From: an uncultured candidatus Brocadiaceae bacterium
GTDB taxonomy: Bacteria; Planctomycetota; Brocadiia; SM23-32
DNA: 64,000 nt
Direction: 5' to 3'
NCBI GenBank assembly: GCA_964510315.1
Contig: CAZEAP010000004.1
Coordinates: 641-64,640 of the forward strand
Below, in pieces: positions 9,152-16,281 of this stretch. Numbering within the stretch: position 1 is the stretch's first letter; each line of letters opens with the position of its first letter. A program made the translations under genes and the position numbers. The notes beneath the pieces were generated by a model. It had not been told where the DNA came from, made no database searches, and was given only the letters and a program-made list of their open reading frames with translations.

Positions 9152-10204
9152 ATGGCGCTTCGCCTTATCGAGATGGTCTGCCCGGAGGATAAACGCCGGG
9201 AGGTGGAGGAACTGGTGATGGAGCACAAGACCCTGGGGCTGTGGCACGATCGGATGTTGGAGGAGCAGGTTCTGATCAAGATACTGCTCCAGGCCGAGCG
9301 TGCCGAAGAAGTGCTGGACCACCTGGAGAGCCACTACGGCGGGATGGAGGGCTTCCGGATACTGCTGCTTCCGGTTCAGGCGGCGCTTCCCCGGCCGGAG
9401 CTGCCTGCGGAGCCGCCCCACAGGGCGCCCTTCGAGGAGGCACCCAAGCATCTGCCCACCCGCATCAGCCGACACGAACTGCACGCCGAGATATCCGCCT
9501 CCGCCCAGCTTACAGTGGTGTTCCTGGTGATGATCGCCCTTTCCAGCGTTGTGGCGGCAATCGGCCTGTGGCGGGACAACGTGGCCGTCATCATCGGCGC
9601 CATGGTCATCGCCCCCCTGCTGGGGCCGAACATGGCCCTCGCCCTGGCCACCACCCTGGGGGACGGGGCGCTGGGGCGGAGGGCCCTGAAGACGTTGACC
9701 ACCGGCATCTGCACGGCGCTGGCGCTCTCGTTCCTGATGGGACTACTGCTGCGCCTTTTGCCGGCCCTCGGCGGACCGGCCGACTGGACCACCCGCGAGC
9801 TGATGATCCGGTCCCAGGTGCGGCTGGCCGACGTCCTGCTGGCCCTGGCGGCGGGCGGCGCCGGGGCCCTGGCCTTCACAACGGGCATCTCCACCGCACT
9901 GGTCGGCGTCATGGTGGCCGTAGCGCTGCTGCCTCCGCTGGTGGCCCTGGGTCTGGACCTGGGCATGGCGCAGTGGCGGATGGCGACGGAGGCAGGACTG
10001 CTGTTCGTGACCAACCTGATCTGCGTGAACCTGGCCGGGATGGCAACCTTCCTGCTGCACGGCATCCGGCCACGGACGTGGTGGGAGGCCGACCGGGCCA
10101 AAAAAGCCGCCCGAACCGCCCTGCTCATCTGGGTCGTGCTGCTTGTGGTGCTGGTCGCCCTCATCGTGCTGGCCCAGACCTGGCCCGCCGAAGCCGGCTC
10201 TTGA
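9152..10204 (+). CDS. TIGR00341/DUF389-family membrane protein
   Basis: Soluble N-terminal region followed by a block of hydrophobic helices (IGAMVIAPLLGPNMALALA ...), typical of the DUF389 architecture. Confidence 0.8.
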   Translation: MALRLIEMVCPEDKRREVEELVMEHKTLGLWHDRMLEEQVLIKILLQAERAEEVLDHLESHYGGMEGFRILLLPVQAALPRPELPAEPPHRAPFEEAPKHLPTRISRHELHAEISASAQLTVVFLVMIALSSVVAAIGLWRDNVAVIIGAMVIAPLLGPNMALALATTLGDGALGRRALKTLTTGICTALALSFLMGLLLRLLPALGGPADWTTRELMIRSQVRLADVLLALAAGGAGALAFTTGISTALVGVMVAVALLPPLVALGLDLGMAQWRMATEAGLLFVTNLICVNLAGMATFLLHGIRPRTWWEADRAKKAARTALLIWVVLLVVLVALIVLAQTWPAEAGS

Positions 10205-10307
10205 CCGCCGGCCCGAGCCGGGCCGCGGATGCACGCATCCCGCCGGCGGCATATAATGGAAGAAGTGACCGGTCCGCTGCAGCCATCGTAGCCTGCCCGG
10301 GGTTGGT

Positions 10308-11441
10308 ATGAACGGCAAAACGAACTTCACCCGCAGGGATTTCATCAAGGTCGCGGCCACGGGCGCGGGGCTTTCTCTCTGCCCGCTGGCCCTCTCCCGC
10401 TGCGCCGAGGCCGGCGAGGCAGCCGCCGTCAGCGACCACGAGGCCCTGTTCTGGGAGGAGTTCGGGGATTCCAAGGTCCACTGCACCCTCTGCCCCAGGG
10501 AGTGCATCGTGCCCGACGGCGCCCGGGGGGTCTGCGAGGTGAGGGAGAATCGGGGCGGCCTCTACCGAACCCTCGTCTACGGGAGGGCCTGCAGCGCCCA
10601 CGTGGACCCGATCGAGAAGAAGCCCCTCTTCCACTTCCTGCCCGGCACCCGGGCCTTCTCCATCGCCACGGCCGGCTGCAACGTGGAATGCCGGTTCTGC
10701 CAGAACTGGCAGATCAGCCAGGCCCGCCCTGAGGAACTCAGGACACGCTATCTGCCGCCGGAGGAGGTGGTCGCCGCGGCGGCCGGCAGCGACTGCAACA
10801 CCATCGCCTACACCTACTCGGAGCCCACGATCTTCTACGAGTACATGCTCGACACCGCGCGGGCAGGGCGGGAGGCCGGGCTGCACAGCGTCAGCATCAC
10901 CAACGGGTTCATCCAGGCCGAGCCGATGAAGCGGCTCTGCCGGCACCTCTCGGCGGTCAAGATCGACCTGAAGGCCTTCACCGAGGAGTTCTACCGGGAG
11001 TACGTGGGCGGCCGGCTGAAGCCGGTGCTGAAGACCATCGAGCTGCTCAAGGAACTGGGCATGCACGAGGAGCTGGTCATCCTGCTGATCCCCGGGCTCA
11101 ACGACAGCGACGAGGAGATCCGGGAGATGAGCCGATGGGTGGTGCGGAACCTCGGGCCGGACGTGCCGATGCACTTCTCCCGGTTCCATCCCGACTACAA
11201 GATGAGGAACCTCCCCCGCACACCGCCGCGGACGGTGGTGCGGGCGCGGGAGACCGCCGTCGCCGAGGGGGTCCGTTACGCCTACGTCGGCAACCTGCCG
11301 GGGCACCGGTACGAGAACACTTTCTGTCACTCCTGCGGCGAGCGCCTCATCGAACGCTATGCCTTCCACGTGGGAGAGGTGGCCGTCCGGGACGGCAAAT
11401 GCGCCCACTGCGGCGCCGAGGTCCCCGGCGTCTGGGCGTAG
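10308..11441 (+). CDS. amrS: AmmeMemoRadiSam-system radical SAM enzyme (AmrS-like) with N-terminal twin-arginine (Tat) signal peptide
   Basis: The Tat motif TRRDFIKVAATGAGLSL with AEA cleavage-like site. The upstream Cys cluster HCTLCPRECIV and the radical-SAM CNVECRFCQNW motif. C-terminal CHSCG...CAHCG. Confidence 0.85.
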   Translation: MNGKTNFTRRDFIKVAATGAGLSLCPLALSRCAEAGEAAAVSDHEALFWEEFGDSKVHCTLCPRECIVPDGARGVCEVRENRGGLYRTLVYGRACSAHVDPIEKKPLFHFLPGTRAFSIATAGCNVECRFCQNWQISQARPEELRTRYLPPEEVVAAAAGSDCNTIAYTYSEPTIFYEYMLDTARAGREAGLHSVSITNGFIQAEPMKRLCRHLSAVKIDLKAFTEEFYREYVGGRLKPVLKTIELLKELGMHEELVILLIPGLNDSDEEIREMSRWVVRNLGPDVPMHFSRFHPDYKMRNLPRTPPRTVVRARETAVAEGVRYAYVGNLPGHRYENTFCHSCGERLIERYAFHVGEVAVRDGKCAHCGAEVPGVWA

Positions 11442-11450
11442 AAGAACACA

Positions 11451-12443
11451 TCAGCTTCCCAGCTCCCTACGGAGAGCAAGGTACGTCGGCTTCGGACGAC
11501 ATGCCGGCTCGGCAGGAAGCCTTAGGTGATCGCGAAGCTGAGACCTGAAGTTGTCGACACCTGCGACTTTGTCTTTACGGCGCAGTTCCTTGAGGCGCGG
11601 TTCTGAAAGGCAAACCCGGCAATCGTCCTGGATAAACAGAAGAGATGTGTCAAACGCCTTGTGGTGCAGCGCGCACAAAGCGATCCCGTTTGACGTTTCG
11701 TCGGTGCTCTCCCTGTGCCTCACAGGCACGATATGGGCAGCGTCGACCAGCTCCAATTGCATATCACAGACGGCGCATGCGTGCTCGTAAGCAGTCAAGA
11801 CACGCCTTCGGAAACTGTAGCTCCTGACGTAGCGGGCTACTTCGTGGGTAAGCTTGGCGCGTGGCTTGCCGGTATCAGGTTCGGGAGGCAATGGAGCCTC
11901 GTCTTCGGACGCCTCTTCAATCTCTGCGTTCACAGCTTCGACCCAGGTCTCATCGCCGTTATGGAGATCCACAAGGTGCTCAATATAGACGCGCATCAGG
12001 TCCGGTCGGAAAGCAACAGTTATTTCATCCTCTGACCTGTAGTTGAGTGCGATGCCTGTTCGTTGCGCCCGGGCTAAAGCTACCTCCTTTACCTGCATTG
12101 ACGGTGACTTGGCTACCTCGCCTTGGTGTAAGCGGGCATCCCAGCCAGCGAACACCGCGTCTTCGTCCATCCAGCCCAGGATCAAGGTGGTATAGTCTCC
12201 GTCAGCAGCCACCTCCGAGACACCAGTTACCTGGATGCGGTACTCGTCTGGAGGCCGTAGATCGCCCCCGCCGTGTGTGATGTTCCAGATATAAATGCGG
12301 ACACTGAATGCGCTGTCAGAAGTGTAAACCTTGTAGTAGGCGGGGTGGGTTTCTGAGGAAGCAATGGGTTTGAAGTAGAGCCCCGATGCTCGGAAAGCGC
12401 CCTCAACTTTCCGCATCAGCTCCCGTTTAGCCAGCCGCGACAT
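11451..12443 (-). CDS. Type II restriction endonuclease, HNH (beta-beta-alpha-Me) family, with N-terminal putative recognition domain
   Basis: C-terminal HIVPVRHRESTDETSNGIALCALHHKAFD HNH motif. The ATG at 12443 is preceded by GGAG. Overlaps the upstream methyltransferase by 17 nt. Local GC is about 55-58% against about 67% for neighbours. Confidence 0.75.
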   Translation of the reverse strand: MSRLAKRELMRKVEGAFRASGLYFKPIASSETHPAYYKVYTSDSAFSVRIYIWNITHGGGDLRPPDEYRIQVTGVSEVAADGDYTTLILGWMDEDAVFAGWDARLHQGEVAKSPSMQVKEVALARAQRTGIALNYRSEDEITVAFRPDLMRVYIEHLVDLHNGDETWVEAVNAEIEEASEDEAPLPPEPDTGKPRAKLTHEVARYVRSYSFRRRVLTAYEHACAVCDMQLELVDAAHIVPVRHRESTDETSNGIALCALHHKAFDTSLLFIQDDCRVCLSEPRLKELRRKDKVAGVDNFRSQLRDHLRLPAEPACRPKPTYLALRRELGS

Positions 12444-13374
12444 TCCGTACTCCGGGGAACAGGTCGCCAGGGGTATCGAACCGGTAGGCGCTTGACTTGG
12501 CGTAATCCTGATCGACTTCGATGGCAATCCACCGGCGGTCCTTACGCTCTGCCACCGCACCCGTGGTGTTCGATCCCGCAAAGATGTCAACCACCAAATC
12601 GCCGGGATCTGTTAAGAAGTCTATGAAAAACTCGGGGAACTCCTCGGGGAACCTCGCGGGGTGTGGCTTCACTCCTTCTTCGCGACATCGCCGTAGGTAC
12701 TGCGTATTGCTCCGGGTGTTAGGCAAGCTGAGCAAGTTTGGCGGGATGGCCCCCTCGTTTCGCCGGGAAAAATTGCTGGAAATGTCATGTCCGCTGGGCC
12801 TGAGCTTGGGTTCGTAGCCCTTCTCAAGTAGTGATTTCATGCTGTCACTGTACGGCTTCAGCACCGCTCTATTGTCGGCCTTTGGTGTCTCCGTCAACGC
12901 AAGCCACCACACCACGTTAACAGCGTCTTTCACGCGGATGCGGCGGACATTTACCCACTCAGCAGGCGATGGCAGGCGAGCTGGGTTATAGTGAAAGAAC
13001 TCTTGAGCCAAAAAGAAACCATGCTGCTTGCAGAGCCGCACGAGAAGATCGAATTGGTAGATGCTACGCACGGGAGCGCCGGGAAGGTAGGCTCCGCCCA
13101 GATCTAGCACGAAGCTGCCGGACTCTTTAAGTACTTTCTTGATGCCCGGGACAAACGATAGGAACCAGCCCACGTACTCATCTGCGTCCTTGTTCCCATA
13201 GTCTTTCTTGCGGGTGAGAGCGAAAGGTGGCGAGGTGACGATCAGGTCGACGCTATTCGGGGGAACGCACTGCATAAAATCTCTGGCATCGGCGCAATAG
13301 CACGCCCCGCGATCCGTTACATATACCGGAAGCGGGGGAGCATGCCCTTCTTCGTCTGGAACCAAATCGACCAC
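12427..13374 (-). CDS. Site-specific DNA methyltransferase, beta-class amino-MTase (N4-cytosine or N6-adenine)
   Basis: Motif IV SPPF (LIVTSPPF) precedes motif I (VDIFAGSNTTG), the beta-class order as in M.PvuII-like enzymes. GTG start at 13374 with GGAGG six nt upstream. Confidence 0.85.
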   Translation of the reverse strand: MVDLVPDEEGHAPPLPVYVTDRGACYCADARDFMQCVPPNSVDLIVTSPPFALTRKKDYGNKDADEYVGWFLSFVPGIKKVLKESGSFVLDLGGAYLPGAPVRSIYQFDLLVRLCKQHGFFLAQEFFHYNPARLPSPAEWVNVRRIRVKDAVNVVWWLALTETPKADNRAVLKPYSDSMKSLLEKGYEPKLRPSGHDISSNFSRRNEGAIPPNLLSLPNTRSNTQYLRRCREEGVKPHPARFPEEFPEFFIDFLTDPGDLVVDIFAGSNTTGAVAERKDRRWIAIEVDQDYAKSSAYRFDTPGDLFPGVRNVAAG

Positions 13375-13663
13375 CGGACGCCTCCTTTGTGTGCGGAGAG
13401 TACAGCACCGGTACGAGTGCGTCAACAGTGGAAGCACTCGGGCAAAGGGTGGGTTTCCTCTGAAGGCAGTTACAGATCAGTTGACGCCGCGAACCGAAGA
13501 AGGTCGGAAGTGAACCCGGCGGCACCGGATGCGTGGGGTGGAGAGCTGAAGGCTCTACGCGAGCTGGATGGAGTCCCGTATTCCGCGAGGGACAGGAAGC
13601 ACTATTGCCATTGCGACCCCTCAGATGTGCTGCGTGAGCACTTTGCTTCGCTCCGAGAAACAA

Positions 13664-14515
13664 CTATGGCAATACGAGCAGGTGGACCATCTGCTCCAGG
13701 GGCTCCAGGTAGGCGCAGAGGTTGGTGCGGAAGATGATGGCCAGAAGAGCCCCCGTGCTCAGGAAAGGGCCGTAGGGCATGACGTGCTCCTCTTTGAAGA
13801 TCAGCAGCGGCAGCCCGTAGAGCAGGCCGATAAAAGGGGACAGAAAGAAGGTCACGACCACCACCTTCCACCCGAAGAACGCCCCGATCATGGCCATCAG
13901 CTTCACGTCGCCGAATCCCATCGCCTCACGGCGGAATATCACCGTGCCCACCACGGCAAAGGCAAGCACCAGCAGGCCCCCGCCGAACAGGCCAATCAGC
14001 GACGCAATCAGGCCGTCCAGCCGCGCCAGGCCCGTCAGCGCCTCGTAGGTGTGGTAGGCCGCGGGACCGACGTGCAGCTCCGGCAGGAGGAACCCCGCCA
14101 GCAGCCCGCCGGCCATCCCGAAGAAGGATATCTCGTCCGGTATGATCAGCCACTGGACGTCCACGGCCGCCGCCGCAATCAGCAGGGAAACCGCCATCAT
14201 CATGATGAGTATCTGTCCGGGCCCGGTTCCCGCCTGGATTCCCTGGCGGAAGTAGATCAGGGCGAACAGAAGCCCCGTCAGCCCCTCCACCAGCGGGTAG
14301 CGCCAGGAGATGGGCGCGCCGCAGTGCCGGCACCGCCGGCCCAGCAGGAGGAAGCTGAGCAGGGGGATGTTGTCGTACCATCGGATAGTCCGCTCGCAGT
14401 ACGGGCAGATCGAGCGGCTGGGCTCCCCCAGCGTGAGGCCCCGGGGCAGCCGCCAGATCAGCACGTTCAGGAAACTGCCCACCGCAAGCCCCAGCACAAA
14501 GCACCACAGGGTCAT
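13664..14515 (-). CDS. pilD: Prepilin peptidase / type IV leader peptidase (A24 family)
   Basis: N-terminal GSFLNVLIWRLP, CPYC...CRHC zinc-binding tetracysteine, GFGDVKL catalytic block, polytopic membrane profile. Start taken at the ATG encoding MTLWCFV. Confidence 0.85.
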   Translation of the reverse strand: MTLWCFVLGLAVGSFLNVLIWRLPRGLTLGEPSRSICPYCERTIRWYDNIPLLSFLLLGRRCRHCGAPISWRYPLVEGLTGLLFALIYFRQGIQAGTGPGQILIMMMAVSLLIAAAAVDVQWLIIPDEISFFGMAGGLLAGFLLPELHVGPAAYHTYEALTGLARLDGLIASLIGLFGGGLLVLAFAVVGTVIFRREAMGFGDVKLMAMIGAFFGWKVVVVTFFLSPFIGLLYGLPLLIFKEEHVMPYGPFLSTGALLAIIFRTNLCAYLEPLEQMVHLLVLP

Positions 14516-14619
14516 TACCACGTGGAACGCGCCGGGAGCGCCAATCGCCAAGGTTGCTCTCCTCTCAGCAGAGGGAGGCCGGGACACGGCCTATGGGTCA
14601 GCGGTCTGCCGCGCCGCCA

Positions 14620-16280
14620 ATCGAGCGGACGGCGTCAAAAAAAGCCGGACGCTGATTTACACTGATTCACACTGATCACAGAGTCTTGCTTTAACAGCGA
14701 TTTGACGATGGTGACTTCGAAAGCATACTACTTTCGTACCTGCCTTTTATCTGTGTCCATCAGTGTCGATCAGTGTCTGATTCTTCTGTTTGCCGGTTAT
14801 GCGCTGACGGCGTCAAAAAAAGCCGGACACGGATTTACACTGATTCACACTGATCACAGAGTCTTGGTCTGACAGCGATTTGACGATGGTAACGTCGAAA
14901 GCATAGCACTTTCGTACCTGCCTTTTATCTGTGTCCATCTGTGTCCATCAGTGTCTGATTTTGTCGGTGTCGGCTTGCGGCGCTCCGCACAAAGACGACC
15001 GGACGCTGATTTACACTGATTCACACTGATCACAAAGTCTTGGTTTGACAGCGACTTGGCGGTGGTGACTTCGAAAGCATACTACTTTCGTACCTGCCTT
15101 TTATCTGTGTCCATCAGTGTCCATCAGTGTCTCATTCTTTTGCTTTCGGAGTCGCCCGCCCACTCATTCTCATTGATCGAAGATTCTCCGTTTCACCTCC
15201 ACCTCTCGCCCGAAGTTGATCAGCAGCCCGACTTCCATCTCCGTTGCCTTCAGATAGTTGACCAGTTGCACCTCATGGAGGGGCTGCAACTCCGTTACGG
15301 CCTTGATCTCTACGAGAACCTTGTCTTCAACCACCAGGTCGGCGACGTAATTCCCGACAATCTCGCCGGCGTACATAACCTTCACGGGTACCTGTTGCCG
15401 GAGCGCACACCCTGTCTGGTGCAACTGAAGGGCAAGAGCATTCTCGTAAACCTTCTCCATAAACCCGTGGCCGAGCGTGCTATGCACCTCGTACGCCGCG
15501 CCGATGATCTTTTCGGTTACACCGGAGTGCTTGTAATCTGGAGTCATCCGTGGCGATCAGTATCTGATTCTGTTGGCCTCGGCCTAAAAAACGACTGGAC
15601 GCTGATTTACACTGATTCACACTGATCGAAAAGTCTTCGTTCAACCGCGTTCTGAGGACCGCATTGCGTCCGGGAACGGAACTTGACGCAGGCAGGATTT
15701 CCGGCCCTGCCTTTTATCTGTGTCCATCAGTGTCGATCAGTGTCTGATTTTGTCGGTGTCGGCTTGCGGCGCTCCGCACAAAGACGACCGGACGCTGATT
15801 TACACTGATTCACACTGATCACAAAGTCTTGGTTTGACAGCGACTTGGCGGTGGTGACTTCGAAAGCATACTACTTTCGTACCTGCCTTTTATCTGTGTC
15901 CATCAGTGTCGATCAGTGTCTGATTCTTCTGTTTGCCGGTTATGCGCTGACGGCGTCAAAAAAAGCCGGACGCTGATTTACACTGATTCACACTGATCAC
16001 AAAGTCTTGGTTTGACAGCGACTTGGCGGTGGTGACTTCGAAAGCATACTACTTTCGTACCTGCCTTTTATCTGTGTCCATCAGTGTCGATCAGTGTCTG
16101 ATTCTGTTGGCCTCGGCCTCCAAAACGACTGCACGCTGATTTACACTGATTCACACTGATCACAAAGTCTTGGCTTGACAGCGACTTGGCGGTGGTGACT
16201 TCGAAAGCATACTACTTTCGTACCTGCCTTTTATCTGTGTCCATCAGTGTCGATCAGTGTCTGACTCTGTTGGGGCCGTC
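14620..16280. repeat. Tandem array of seven ~133-bp units with terminal inverted iterons (CACTGAT x3 / ATCAGTG x2), separated by three recurring 30-45-bp linker types
   Basis: Units start near 14651, 14829, 15005, 15601, 15794, 15971 and 16135. Each begins GCTGATTTACACTGATTCACACTGATCACA and ends CCATCAGTGTCGATCAGTGTCTGATTC; the ends are reverse complements of each other and the heptamers are spaced 10 bp apart. Central part has a CGAAAGCATACTACTTTCG hairpin; unit 4 has a divergent core. Linkers recur in three types, each with a short GC hairpin plus an A-run plus CGACYGGAC. GC is about 45%. Confidence 0.9.
15170..15547 (-). CDS. GxxExxY protein (TIGR04256-like; PD-(D/E)XK nuclease superfamily, PDDEXK_3)
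   Basis: 125 aa with GAAYEVHSTLGHGFMEKVYENAL and YVADLVVEDKVLVEIKA (the D...E-x-K core). Embedded in the repeat array: a full 3' inverted iteron precedes its 3' end and a partial one (CGATCAGTATCTGATTC) follows its start. GC is about 54%. Confidence 0.85.
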   Translation of the reverse strand: MTPDYKHSGVTEKIIGAAYEVHSTLGHGFMEKVYENALALQLHQTGCALRQQVPVKVMYAGEIVGNYVADLVVEDKVLVEIKAVTELQPLHEVQLVNYLKATEMEVGLLINFGREVEVKRRIFDQ

Positions 16281-16281
16281 C

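Noticed and set aside
13375-13663. Possible controller (C) protein gene upstream of the methyltransferase
   Set aside because: No small HTH-encoding ORF is present. The only ORF (13253-13663 minus) is antisense-like and low complexity.
13568-14665. ORF 13568-14665 plus (365 aa) overlapping pilD
   Set aside because: Antisense of the prepilin peptidase gene, which has clear A24-family motifs. Translation is H/Q/R-rich low complexity.
14620-16280. CRISPR array interpretation of the tandem repeats
   Set aside because: Repeat units are about 133 bp (CRISPR repeats are 21-48 bp). The intervening 30-45-bp segments are not unique: three types recur. No cas genes are present; the only ORF is a GxxExxY protein lacking Cas4 Fe-S cysteines.
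14620-16280. Integron cassette array / CALIN with attC sites
   Set aside because: Units do have attC-like length and imperfect terminal symmetry. The intervening cassettes would be only 30-45 bp. No GTTRRRY / RYYYAAC core sites are recognisable at unit borders. No intI gene. Left as an open alternative for an attC model search only.
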